Positions 30,044-39,439 of a stretch of DNA of 64,000 nt are shown piece by piece. The position numbers were made by a program, and so were the translations under genes. Below the pieces are notes generated by a model, which was given only the letters and a program-made list of their open reading frames with translations, was not told the DNA's origin and did no database searches. The DNA comes from Smithellaceae bacterium. GTDB lineage: Bacteria; Desulfobacterota; Syntrophia; Syntrophales; Smithellaceae. The DNA is taken from the NCBI GenBank assembly GCA_963682015.1, contig OY820932.1:3034618-3098617 (forward strand), in the 5' to 3' direction. Each line of letters begins with the position of its first letter. Position 1 is the stretch's first letter.

Positions 30044-31282
30044 ATGAAGATGAAGAGTTGGAGAAGTTCGTTGTGTTCATTTCTTGTGACAATTCTCGTG
30101 GTATGGGCGACGGCAGCTTCCGCTGCCGAGATTGTTATCGGGTTTACCGGGCCGCTTTCCGGCCCCGCCGCCGAATATGGTCAGGATTGCGTCAACGGCA
30201 TCGATATGGCTGTAAAAGAACTTAATGCCGCTGGCGGCGTTACGGTCAAGGGCCAGAAATATACGTTTCGGCTGGAAAGACTTGATGACCGCGTGGACCC
30301 AACACAGGCCAAGAACAATGCCCTGCGTCTGGTCAACCAGAATAAGGCCATTGCGGTTTTCAACCCCATCGTCACCACGCTTGCTTCCATTATGGGAATC
30401 CCCGAGCAGAATTTCATTATCGTGGCCTACACAAGCATTCATACCATTCTGGACAAGGGCCATCCGATGATTATCAATCCCGTTCCCAATTTTGTTACTT
30501 ATGCCCAGTTGATGGCCGACCAGGCCTGGGATAAAGGCTATCGCAGATGCGCCATGGTGGTAACGATGGGCGGCTACGGCGATGCCTGGCGTTCAGCATT
30601 TAATCATCTGTGGACGAATAAAGGCGGCCGTGTTGTCGGAGATTACCCAGCGAATTATTACACGGAAACGGATTTTTCAACGCAGCTGGCCTCGGCGCTG
30701 GCGAAAAAACCCGATTTCCTTTTAATCGGCGGTCCCTCGGCCACCACCGTTCTGGTGATTGAACAGGCCAGAGCCATGGGGTTCAAAGGCGGCTTCGTTG
30801 TGATCGACCAGGCCAAGCCGGACTACATCGCCAAAGTCATCAAGGACATGAAACAGCTTGAAGGCATGATCAGCACGGGCGCCCTGAAAGACCTGCCCCT
30901 GCCGTCCGTTCCCGCTTTTTCCGCTAAATACAAAGCGAATTACAAAAGAGACATGGGAGCCGAATGTGTGCTGAATTACAACTCGATGTATGTGCTTGCC
31001 CGCGCCATTGAAGCGGCGCAGTCAACCGATCCCAGGGTGATCCGCCGCAACATTCCCAGGGCTTTGCCGACCACCGGCGACAAAGTTCCCAACGAACTGT
31101 TCGCCATGCAGGACAACGGTTTTATGTACTGCGGGCTGATCATGCAGCAGGTGAAGAACGGCAAATTCAGTAAAGTGGATTACATCCTGGCTTTCCCGAA
31201 AACGGCTGCTGAATTTCAGAAATACAAGAAAATGAGCAAGTCCAAGGAACCCGAAATGATTCGCTGGGTGCCGATTCAGTAA
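30044..31282 (+). CDS. ABC-type periplasmic solute-binding protein (LivK/branched-chain amino-acid family), orphan
   Basis: Signal peptide and IVIGFTGPLSGPAAEYGQD, typical of Peripla_BP_6. No permease or ATPase genes are adjacent. Confidence 0.8.
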   Translation: MKMKSWRSSLCSFLVTILVVWATAASAAEIVIGFTGPLSGPAAEYGQDCVNGIDMAVKELNAAGGVTVKGQKYTFRLERLDDRVDPTQAKNNALRLVNQNKAIAVFNPIVTTLASIMGIPEQNFIIVAYTSIHTILDKGHPMIINPVPNFVTYAQLMADQAWDKGYRRCAMVVTMGGYGDAWRSAFNHLWTNKGGRVVGDYPANYYTETDFSTQLASALAKKPDFLLIGGPSATTVLVIEQARAMGFKGGFVVIDQAKPDYIAKVIKDMKQLEGMISTGALKDLPLPSVPAFSAKYKANYKRDMGAECVLNYNSMYVLARAIEAAQSTDPRVIRRNIPRALPTTGDKVPNELFAMQDNGFMYCGLIMQQVKNGKFSKVDYILAFPKTAAEFQKYKKMSKSKEPEMIRWVPIQ

Positions 31283-31306
31283 TTCAAAAATCGTTCATGA
31301 CGATTA

Positions 31307-31341
31307 AACCCCGTTCCCGGAAACAGGAACGGGGTTTTTTT
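31307..31341 (+). terminator. Rho-independent terminator
   Basis: AAACCCCGTTCC-loop-GGAACGGGGTTTTTTT. Confidence 0.7.
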
Positions 31342-31452
31342 GACATCTTGCCCCGGAAAGCCGGGAGGCGTTTTGCTTTGATTAAAAACCATAAAGTGAT
31401 TGGCGCCGGGGCAAGCCGTCTTAGCGCTGCTTCCGCCCGGCACCGTTTCGGA

Positions 31453-31839
31453 TTATTTTTTTGAAAGAATCGCGCTGAATTTTACCGGATCCGTCGCATA
31501 GAGCACGGTGCGTTCAACTGCTTCGGCCCGGAACTCGTGAATCTTAAGGTAGTCGGGGTTCTGGATCATTTTCTGAAATGCCCTGCGGGACGGATACTGA
31601 ACCAGCATCAGCAAGTCCCACTCTTCCTTTCCCTGCAGCAATTCTCTGGGGATGCCGAAATACAATACCTTCGCGCCGACGGCTTCAACAAAAGGGCCGG
31701 ATTCCCTGATATAGCGAAAATAGGCCTCACGGCCGCCGTCCTGTTTAAACTTCAGCAGATTGAGCATGACAAATGGTTCTTCGCTGGGATTGTCGGCCAG
31801 GGCCTGGAATTGATCTTCGTTGCTTGTAATTCCATCCAT
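31453..31839 (-). CDS. DUF1330 domain protein
   Basis: EEPFVMLNLLKFK...YIRESGPFVEAVGAKVLY and the ~100-aa dimeric alpha-beta-barrel-like pattern fit DUF1330. Confidence 0.6.
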   Translation of the reverse strand: MDGITSNEDQFQALADNPSEEPFVMLNLLKFKQDGGREAYFRYIRESGPFVEAVGAKVLYFGIPRELLQGKEEWDLLMLVQYPSRRAFQKMIQNPDYLKIHEFRAEAVERTVLYATDPVKFSAILSKK

Positions 31840-31862
31840 GATTATTCCTCCGGATTGCCAGA

Positions 31863-32729
31863 TTATTTAAAAAAAGCATTCATCGCTTCGGCAACTTCTT
31901 TCGGTTTTTCCTCCTGAAGGAAGTGCGCCGCTTTCACCTGCACCACCTGAATGGAATCAAAACAGTCTTCCAGGAAGGTGACATTGGCCGGGATAATGAC
32001 CGAGTCCTCGTTTCCATAAATATAGAGCGACGGCATGGTAAATCTCTTTCCGATCAGCGTTGCCCAGTGCGCGGCATCCAGAGCCATGGAACGATAAAGG
32101 GAGGCGGCGGTGGCCGGTGTATTTTCAATGCTGTAGCACCGTACATATTCGTCGATCGCTTCCCGGGGAATGGTGCCGTCCTGCCCTTTTTTGCCGAAGA
32201 AAAAGCTGACCCACTCGCGTTCTTTGCCTTTGATCATGGCTTCGGGCAATCCCGGCATCATCTGAAAGTACTGATACCAGTAAGGCAGATACCTCATCGC
32301 AATCATGGCCCTGGTGACTTCTTCGGCGCCCCTTACATTGGTCAGGATCGGAATATTCATGATCACGAATTTCTTCACGCGGTCGGGAACAAGAAAAGCC
32401 AGCTCCTGGGCGATAATGCCGCCCCAGTCGTGGCCGACCAGGAAGAAGTCCTTGATGCCAAGGGCATCGACTACCTCAATCACATCTTTCGCCAGTTCCG
32501 CTTTCTGATAGGCTTTGACGTCAAGCGTTCGTTCGCTGTCTCCCAGTCCCCGCAAATCCGGCGCGATGACGCGCCAGTTCGGGTCAAGGAATTTTGTCAC
32601 ACCCTCCCAGCAGTAGGAGCTTTCCGGCCACCCGTGAATCATCACAACGGGAAAGCCATCCTTGTTTCCCCGGTCCCGGACGTTAAAAGTACCTCTGGAT
32701 ACGGTGATTTTTGTCGTTTTCATGGTCAT
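31863..32729 (-). CDS. Alpha/beta hydrolase, epoxide-hydrolase/dehalogenase-like (Asp nucleophile)
   Basis: HGWPESSYCW and VGHDWGG nucleophile-elbow motifs, with a C-terminal AAHFLQEEKP. Confidence 0.8.
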   Translation of the reverse strand: MTMKTTKITVSRGTFNVRDRGNKDGFPVVMIHGWPESSYCWEGVTKFLDPNWRVIAPDLRGLGDSERTLDVKAYQKAELAKDVIEVVDALGIKDFFLVGHDWGGIIAQELAFLVPDRVKKFVIMNIPILTNVRGAEEVTRAMIAMRYLPYWYQYFQMMPGLPEAMIKGKEREWVSFFFGKKGQDGTIPREAIDEYVRCYSIENTPATAASLYRSMALDAAHWATLIGKRFTMPSLYIYGNEDSVIIPANVTFLEDCFDSIQVVQVKAAHFLQEEKPKEVAEAMNAFFK

Positions 32730-32761
32730 GCTCTGCCTCCTTGGGTGAAGTCCCGATGTTA

Positions 32762-32808
32762 TACAACGAGCGTTGGTTGTTATTAGATGGGGGGATGTTC
32801 TCTGTCAA
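32762..32808 (-). promoter_or_regulatory. Promoter P4 with shared operator (minus strand)
   Basis: The minus strand reads TTGACA-N17-TAATAA-CAA-CCAACGCTCGTTGTA upstream of the hydrolase/DUF1330 operon. Confidence 0.5.
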
Positions 32809-32869
32809 GCATTATTTTGCCGGGTGTTCCGGCGGCAAAAAGGGTGTTGGATACAGGCGGAAAAATATC

Positions 32870-32920
32870 TTGACAAAAGAGGTTCATCTAAATTAATTGA
32901 TTAAACCAACGTCTGTTGTA
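32870..32920 (+). promoter_or_regulatory. Promoter P2 with shared operator
   Basis: TTGACA-N17-TTAATT, then CCAACGTCTGTTGTA upstream of 33011. Confidence 0.55.
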
Positions 32921-33010
32921 GAAGTCGGGCATTGGGCTGAACGAAGGATGAATTTCTAATGAATTCATGATGATAATCGATAAGTAACTAAAAATAAAAG
33001 GAGATGTTTT

Positions 33011-34123
33011 ATGATCAAGTCAAGACTCTGTGAACTGATTGGCACCAAATACCCGATCATCCAGGCGGGTATGGGGCCGTTTTCCAACAACAATCTTTGC
33101 GTGGCGGCGGCCAATGCCGGCGTACTGGGGCTGCTTTCGACGAGCGGTCTTTTCGACAAGAAAGATCAGCCCTGGATTTATGACGCCTTTATTAAAACGG
33201 CCGATTCGACTATGAATGACGATATGGCACAAGTAATGGAAAATCTTTTGAAACGAACCTACCGTCTCACCAAGGACAAGGGCGGTGTTTTCGGTATCAA
33301 TGTTATGGTGTCGGCGGAGCTGGCGGAAAAATCAAAGGTGATCATCGAGACCGCCATCCGGGTGCGCGAACAGAATCCGGACATGAAGAAACATTTCAAA
33401 GTCATCTTTACGTCCGCGGGTGACCCTGTTCCCTGGCGCGACACCATCAAGAACGCCGGATTTACCTGGATGCATGTTGTCCCGTCCGTGAAAGGCGCGC
33501 AGCGCTGCAAGAAAGCGGGTGTGGATGTCATTGTGGCATCCGGGCATGAAGGCGGATTCCATACCTCCTGGGAGCCGGTTCATTCCATGATCCTGCTGCC
33601 CGCCGTGGTTGAGGCCGTATCCGATGAAAAGACGCTTGTGTGCGGAGCCGGCGGCTTCTGCGACGGCAAGACACTGGCGGCTGCCCTGGTTCTGGGCGCC
33701 GACGGCGCGCAGATGGGCACGCGTTTTCTGGCAACGCAGGAAAGCGATTTCCATCAAATCTGGAAAGAGGCCGTCGTGGCCGCCGGCGACAGAGGAACAC
33801 TGGTGGCCAGAGGCTTTGTGGGGCCGGCACGCTGGATCAAAAATAAGCGTAGCGACGAGCATGCCGTTAATACATTGAAAAAATCTCCGGGTGTATTCCT
33901 GGGAACTCCGGATGATTATACGACGCTGGACATGTCTTTGATTGATTACGAAGTTGAATCCATCAAGGCGGTATGCGAAGGCAATACAGATAAAGCCATG
34001 ATGGCCGCAGGTGAGGCCGCCCAGCGCATCAACAGCATGCCCAAAGTAGCCGACCTGGTGCAAACCATGGTGAAGGAAGCTGAAGATATCCTTCGCGGCG
34101 TTCAGAAAAAATATCTTGACTAG
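33011..34123 (+). CDS. Nitronate monooxygenase / FabK-like FMN oxidoreductase
   Basis: YPIIQAGMGPFS and the GADGAQMGTRFLAT motifs of the NMO (2-nitropropane dioxygenase) family. Confidence 0.8.
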   Translation: MIKSRLCELIGTKYPIIQAGMGPFSNNNLCVAAANAGVLGLLSTSGLFDKKDQPWIYDAFIKTADSTMNDDMAQVMENLLKRTYRLTKDKGGVFGINVMVSAELAEKSKVIIETAIRVREQNPDMKKHFKVIFTSAGDPVPWRDTIKNAGFTWMHVVPSVKGAQRCKKAGVDVIVASGHEGGFHTSWEPVHSMILLPAVVEAVSDEKTLVCGAGGFCDGKTLAAALVLGADGAQMGTRFLATQESDFHQIWKEAVVAAGDRGTLVARGFVGPARWIKNKRSDEHAVNTLKKSPGVFLGTPDDYTTLDMSLIDYEVESIKAVCEGNTDKAMMAAGEAAQRINSMPKVADLVQTMVKEAEDILRGVQKKYLD

Positions 34124-34225
34124 GAGAACGGGCTAAAAGGGGTAACAAGGCCGGGAGGAAAGAGGTTCTTCCTCGACGCCGCGTTATCCCTTTGAGCCGT
34201 AAACGGAACATTGGAAAAGGGGAAA

Positions 34226-34259
34226 CAAAAAAAGCCGGGGTTGGATCCCGGCTTTTTTT
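34226..34259. terminator. Bidirectional terminator
   Basis: AAAAAAAGCCGGG-loop-CCCGGCTTTTTTT lies between convergent genes. Confidence 0.65.
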
Positions 34260-34284
34260 GAATCGGCAGGAAAAACGGCCGCAA

Positions 34285-34908
34285 TCAGGACATAACCATT
34301 CTCATGACATGTTTTTCCAGCATATCGATCAGCTGGCTTTTGGAATATTCTTTCATATTCCAGTTCCGCAGCGCATGCAGGGACAGCTGGAAAACAATCA
34401 AATTGGCGGTAAAAGAACTATCTTCACACTGAAAAACTTTACGCGCCATCCCTTTCTTCAAAATGGTTTCAATATGACTGACAACCTGGCTTTCTCTGGC
34501 CAGAATATTTTTAAGCCAGCGCTTTGGCAGGGACTTGGATTCCCGGTACAGAAGGAGGACTTCTTCATCATAATTGAATCCGGTTTCAAGGATTCCGCGG
34601 ATGGCGGACCGCAGCTGGACAACCGGATCATCAATATCCATGATGCCCTGCGTCTCAAATAAATCCAGTTCCGGTTTGTGCAGGATATCAAATACCAGAA
34701 AAAGAATTTCTTCCTTGTTTTTAATAAAATAATAAAGATTCCTGATGTCGATTCCCGTTGCCTTGGAAATTTCGCGCATGGACGTCTGCGCGTAACCTTT
34801 CTTCATGAAAAGTTTCGTTGCTTTTTTGATAATCTGCGATTGCCTTTTTTTGAATAAGTCACTTTGCTTTTTCGGCGGAGCCTCATGACTGGAAACGTTT
34901 TTTCCCAT
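34285..34908 (-). CDS. TetR/AcrR family regulator
   Basis: The HTH segment KKGYAQTSMREISKATGIDIRNLYYFIKNKEE is typical of TetR. The gene is divergent from hbd promoter P3. Confidence 0.8.
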   Translation of the reverse strand: MGKNVSSHEAPPKKQSDLFKKRQSQIIKKATKLFMKKGYAQTSMREISKATGIDIRNLYYFIKNKEEILFLVFDILHKPELDLFETQGIMDIDDPVVQLRSAIRGILETGFNYDEEVLLLYRESKSLPKRWLKNILARESQVVSHIETILKKGMARKVFQCEDSSFTANLIVFQLSLHALRNWNMKEYSKSQLIDMLEKHVMRMVMS

Positions 34909-34991
34909 GAATAAAAGACTTGTCCTTTCCCAAAGATAAAATCTGTATATTAAAAACTTATTTACCTGTCAACGTAAAATCGAAATAATAC

Positions 34992-35041
34992 TTGACAAAA
35001 TAAGGTTGTCTTAATAGTTCATACATCCAGCGATCGTTGTA
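34992..35041 (+). promoter_or_regulatory. Promoter P3 with shared operator
   Basis: TTGACA-N17-TAGTTC, then CCAGCGATCGTTGTA upstream of hbd. Confidence 0.55.
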
Positions 35042-35111
35042 TCATGCGGCCACGGCGGGACTTTCACCGTGACGCTTCGGATGCATCAAATAAAGAAAGT
35101 GAGGATGAAAC

Positions 35112-35981
35112 ATGAAGATTGAAGATGTAAAAAATGTATGTGTTGTTGGCGCGGGTAACATGGGTCACCAGATTGCTCTGCAGTGCGCTCTGTCCGGCTT
35201 CAAAACCGTCAGTACGGACGTGATACCGGCCGTTCTCGAAAAAGCCGAAAAGTTTGTGGACAGCTATCTGGCCGGCCGTGTACAGAAAGGCAAGTTGACG
35301 GAAGATGCGGCCAAGGCCGCCCGCGCCAGAATCTCCTTCACGGGCGATCTGAAGGAAGCCGCCAAGGATGCGGATGTAGTGATCGAAGCCGTTCTGGAAA
35401 GGATCGATCTGAAGCGCAAGATCTTTGCCGATCTGGACAAGATCGCGCCGGCCGGCGCCATCCTGGCCACCAACAGCTCTTTTATCGTCAGCTCCCGCAT
35501 TGCCGATTCCACCAAGCGCCCCTCCCAGGTCTGCAATCTCCACTTCTTTAATCCGGCCCTGGTCATGAAACTGGTGGAAGTCGTTCAGGGACCCCATGTG
35601 TCCGACGAGACGGCAAAATGCATGATGGATTTCTGCCTGAAAATCGACAAAATTCCCATCCATATCAAGAAGGAAGTTGACGGATTTGTTCTCAACCGCA
35701 TTTTCTCCGTCATCCAGAAAGAAGCCCTCTGGATGCTGGAAATGGGCGTGGCTACCTATGAAGATATCGATAAAGCCTGTGTATACGGCGCCGGCCATCC
35801 GATGGGCCCCTTCCGCCTCAATGACCTGACGGGCATTGATCTGACCTACGATGTCTGCATGGGCCATTTCATGGAGTCCGGCAATCCGGCGGATCTGCCT
35901 TCTCCCAGTGTGGTGAAGAAATACACGGAAGGCAAGTTCGGCCAGAAGACCGGCGAAGGCTGGTACAGCTATAAGAAATAA
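35112..35981 (+). CDS. hbd: 3-hydroxyacyl-CoA (3-hydroxybutyryl-CoA) dehydrogenase
   Basis: VCVVGAGNMGHQIA Rossmann motif, HFFNPA, and the C-terminal GxGxY (GEGWYSY). Confidence 0.85.
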   Translation: MKIEDVKNVCVVGAGNMGHQIALQCALSGFKTVSTDVIPAVLEKAEKFVDSYLAGRVQKGKLTEDAAKAARARISFTGDLKEAAKDADVVIEAVLERIDLKRKIFADLDKIAPAGAILATNSSFIVSSRIADSTKRPSQVCNLHFFNPALVMKLVEVVQGPHVSDETAKCMMDFCLKIDKIPIHIKKEVDGFVLNRIFSVIQKEALWMLEMGVATYEDIDKACVYGAGHPMGPFRLNDLTGIDLTYDVCMGHFMESGNPADLPSPSVVKKYTEGKFGQKTGEGWYSYKK

Positions 35982-36173
35982 ATTGATCGATTCAGAACGG
36001 ATCTGATTTCTGCGTTCGTGAGACGCATGGCGGCTGCCGGATTTCGGGAAGGATGCCCGAAGTCCGGCAGTTTGTTGTCTGTGACGATTCCGTATCCGTG
36101 GCTGCTCGTACTGAAGTTTCACATTTTCGGCCCGCTTTGCCTGCGGCGTGGTGCTCCACGGCGGCAATCGCGC

Positions 36174-36202
36174 TTGACAGCTCTTCAAGAATATCCTTAT
36201 AA
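36174..36202 (+). promoter_or_regulatory. Candidate sigma70 promoter of cdaA
   Basis: TTGACA-N17-TTATAA lies 34 nt before the cdaA ATG. Confidence 0.45.
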
Positions 36203-36235
36203 AGCAAAAGACAATTTTAAAAACGGATAACAATT

Positions 36236-37687
36236 ATGGATCTTGTTCATGCTGTCGCATCGGCCGCCGGAAGCATTCGGATTCAGGATGTTCTGGACGT
36301 GGCCATTATTGCCGCGATGATCTTTGCGCTTTTAATGTGGTTCAAGACCCGGGCGTCGCGCTTTGTCCTGATCGGCATTTTTCTGCTGGGCGTTGTGTAT
36401 CTGGCTGCCCGCTTTTTTCAGCTTTATCTCACCATTATTGTGTTGCAGGGGTTTTTTGCCATTCTGCTCTTTGTGCTGGTCGTGATCTTTCAGGAAGACC
36501 TGCGCGGTTTTTTTGAACGGCTGGCCATGCTGGGCAATCTGCGCAAGGATGTCCGGCCTCTGTCCGAACTGGAAAAGGTCGCGGGCATTATTGCGGAAAC
36601 CACGGGAAATCTGGCCAAAAAGCGCGTCGGCGCTCTGATGGTCATTCAGGGGGATGATCCGCTTGATCGTCATCTTACCGGCGGGACTGCGCTTGGCGGA
36701 CGGATCAGCGAACCGCTCCTGGCCAGCATCTTCGATCCTCATTCCGCCGGGCATGACGGTGCGGTGGTGATCAAGGATGACCGGGTGATCCTTTTCGGCT
36801 GTCATCTGCCGCTGTCAATCAAGACTGCGCATTCTGAAAACATCGGCCTTCGGCACACGGCGGCGCTCGGGCTGACGGAGCGGTCGGATGCCCTGTGCAT
36901 TGTCGTTTCCGAGGAACGGGGAACCATTACCGTTGCCGAGGGCGAATCCCTCACCGTGGTTTCCGGCGCCTCCGCGCTCAATGAAGTGCTGGAGAAATAT
37001 TATATCCGCTTTCAACCCTCGCCCAGAACCCGGCCGCTTCGGGGCTGGCTCCGGGAAAACACCAGGGAGAAAATCATCGCTCTGGGGCTGGCCTGCGTTC
37101 TCTGGGTAGCTTTCGGATATCAGCGGGACATTGTCCGGCGTGATTTTCTGGTTCCCGTTGAATATAAGAATATTCCGCAAAGCTGGCAGATTGACGAGCC
37201 CCGCATCTCGGAAGCCAAAGTCATTCTGCAGGGGCCCGAACAGGCCTTTCATCTGCTCAATGAAAAATCGCTCAGGCTTTCGCTGGATCTAGCTCTCCTG
37301 ACGGAAAAAAAGCGGGAATTTGTTTTGACCAAAGATATGATCAACGCGCCGTCCAGCATATCGATTTCCGATATCAGTCCCGCAAAAATCCGCGTCTATG
37401 CAACGCGAATGGTCGGCGCGACGCTGGCGGTTCACGTTCCCACACGCAACCGGCCGCCCGATAGCACAGCGCTGCATAAAATCACATGGAGTCCGGCCAC
37501 CATCCGGGTACTGATGGATCCCCGGCTGAATCCCGAAGACGTCCGGTTGGAAACCGAGCCCGTTGATCTTGAAAACATATCATCCTCTGTCATCACGACA
37601 TTGAGGGTTTTACCGGTTGCCGGAGTTTCTTTTCCCGACGGCAAAGCGCCGCAGATCCGCGCCACCATCCGCGTCAAAAAGAAATAG
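36236..37687 (+). CDS. cdaA: Diadenylate cyclase CdaA fused to a YbbR/CdaR-like domain
   Basis: Three N-terminal TM helices and DAC motifs (GALMVIQGDD, DGAVVI, LGLRHTAALGLTERSDALCIVVSEERGTITVA). After a further TM segment come ~200 aa with YbbR-repeat character (VPVEYKNIPQSW.., VILQGPEQAF..). Confidence 0.8.
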   Translation: MDLVHAVASAAGSIRIQDVLDVAIIAAMIFALLMWFKTRASRFVLIGIFLLGVVYLAARFFQLYLTIIVLQGFFAILLFVLVVIFQEDLRGFFERLAMLGNLRKDVRPLSELEKVAGIIAETTGNLAKKRVGALMVIQGDDPLDRHLTGGTALGGRISEPLLASIFDPHSAGHDGAVVIKDDRVILFGCHLPLSIKTAHSENIGLRHTAALGLTERSDALCIVVSEERGTITVAEGESLTVVSGASALNEVLEKYYIRFQPSPRTRPLRGWLRENTREKIIALGLACVLWVAFGYQRDIVRRDFLVPVEYKNIPQSWQIDEPRISEAKVILQGPEQAFHLLNEKSLRLSLDLALLTEKKREFVLTKDMINAPSSISISDISPAKIRVYATRMVGATLAVHVPTRNRPPDSTALHKITWSPATIRVLMDPRLNPEDVRLETEPVDLENISSSVITTLRVLPVAGVSFPDGKAPQIRATIRVKKK

Positions 37688-37697
37688 GGAGGATTGT

Positions 37698-38759
37698 ATG
37701 GACGCCGCACTGACCAAAAGATCGCAAAAAGCCGGTTTTAGTCCGGGATCTCTCATTCACGTCGGCAATGCGTACTCGGACAAGTCCAGGATCATGCTGA
37801 CCCGCTATGGTGAATCGTCTCTGACGGAAAAGGAAATTCATTCCATCGACGAGATTCGCGAGGAAAAAGAGCGGCCGGGCGTGCTCTGGATCAACGTCGA
37901 CGGGCTGCAGGACGTGCAGCTTCTGGGAGAGATCGGCGGCCTGTTCGGCCTGCATCCCCTGATTCTGGAGGATATTCTGAATACGGATCAGAGGCCCAGG
38001 GCGGAGGATCTCACGGACTACGTTTTTATTGTTTTGAAGAATATTCATGATCATGCCGACCGCGCCCTTCATGCGGAGCAGGTCAGCATTGTCCTGGGCA
38101 AGGACTTCGTTCTCTCGTTTCAGGAGCGGGAAAGCGCGATCTTTAATCCCATCCGGGATAGGCTGCGCGCCTGCAAGGGCAGAATCCGCAAAGCGGGCGC
38201 GGATTACCTGGCGCATCATTTGATGGATGCCATTGTGGATCAGTATTTTATTGTCCTGGAAAAAATCGAGGATAAGATAGAACAGCTCGAAAATGACCTG
38301 ATCCGGCAAACCACACCCACCAAGCTGCAGGCGATTCAGCAGTTAAAAAAAGAGCTGATCCTGCTGCGCAAGTCCCTGTGGCCGCTCAGGGAAGCAATCG
38401 GATTGCTGCAGAGGGCCGATTCTCCTCTGATCGCCGGCTCCGATCTGGTCTATTTTAAGGATATTTCCGACCATATCATCGCGGTGATCGACACCGTGGA
38501 CACTTTTCGGGACATGCTGGGAGGCATGCTGGATATATACCTTTCCGCTTCCAGCATGAAAATGAATCAGGTGATGAAGGTATTGACCATTATCGCAACG
38601 ATATTCATGCCTTTGACATTCCTGGCGGGAGTTTACGGGATGAACTTCGAGTATATGCCCGGGTTGCACTGGCGATGGAGTTTTCTGTTTTTCTGGGGGG
38701 GCATGCTGGCGATTGCCGTGGTAATGCTCATATTGTTCCGCTGGAGGAAATGGATCTGA
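37698..38759 (+). CDS. corA: CorA magnesium/cobalt transporter
   Basis: YGMNFEYMP (GMN motif) between two C-terminal TM helices. A GGGAGG RBS is present, and the start lies 11 nt after the cdaA stop. Confidence 0.85.
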   Translation: MDAALTKRSQKAGFSPGSLIHVGNAYSDKSRIMLTRYGESSLTEKEIHSIDEIREEKERPGVLWINVDGLQDVQLLGEIGGLFGLHPLILEDILNTDQRPRAEDLTDYVFIVLKNIHDHADRALHAEQVSIVLGKDFVLSFQERESAIFNPIRDRLRACKGRIRKAGADYLAHHLMDAIVDQYFIVLEKIEDKIEQLENDLIRQTTPTKLQAIQQLKKELILLRKSLWPLREAIGLLQRADSPLIAGSDLVYFKDISDHIIAVIDTVDTFRDMLGGMLDIYLSASSMKMNQVMKVLTIIATIFMPLTFLAGVYGMNFEYMPGLHWRWSFLFFWGGMLAIAVVMLILFRWRKWI

Positions 38760-38839
38760 CAATTGCCAAAACGGTTGCAATTGCCGTGAAAGTATGCTCA
38801 ATTTAATTCAACAATTCAATCCTTCAGGAGGCAAGATTT

Positions 38840-39319
38840 ATGCAGGTATTCACAGCAAATGACATTGTGGAAGTTGCTGTCCGCATTGAAGAAAATGGTA
38901 TTTCTTTTTACAATTTCGCTGAAAAAATCGCCAGGACGGAAGATGCTAAAAAACTTTTCGCCCAGCTGGCCGTCGCGGAAGCCGCTCACAAGCGCACCTT
39001 TGAAAAACTTTTGTCAGAGATCGAAACCTACAAGCCGGCGGAGCGTTATACCGGTGAATATGCAGACTATCTTCGCAATTATGTCGATAACAACCTGATT
39101 TTCACCAAAGACGTAATGGACAAACAGCTGGCTGGAGTGACCGATACCGTCGGCGCTTTCGAGTTTGCCATGCAGCGCGAGCTGGATTCCGTTTTATATT
39201 ATCACGAAGTCAAAAACCTGGTTCCCGCTGCGCAGCACGAAACCATTGAAAAAATCATCAACGAGGAACGGAAACACTACACCATGCTGCTGGAAATGAA
39301 AAAGAAATATTCCTGCTGA
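38840..39319 (+). CDS. Ferritin-like / rubrerythrin-family protein
   Basis: A four-helix pattern with ExxH pairs (EAAHKRTFE, EERKHYTML). Confidence 0.6.
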   Translation: MQVFTANDIVEVAVRIEENGISFYNFAEKIARTEDAKKLFAQLAVAEAAHKRTFEKLLSEIETYKPAERYTGEYADYLRNYVDNNLIFTKDVMDKQLAGVTDTVGAFEFAMQRELDSVLYYHEVKNLVPAAQHETIEKIINEERKHYTMLLEMKKKYSC

Positions 39320-39339
39320 TCAAGGTTATGCAGCCGGAC

Positions 39340-39372
39340 AAAAAAGCCGCCTTGCACAGGGCGGCTTTTTTT
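39340..39372. terminator. Bidirectional rho-independent terminator
   Basis: AAAAAAGCCGCC-loop-GGCGGCTTTTTTT. Confidence 0.7.
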
Positions 39373-39439
39373 ATGACGTTTCCCGGTTCTGATGAAGCTT
39401 GATGATTTACAGTCTTGATTCACCGCTGAAAGAGTTTCT

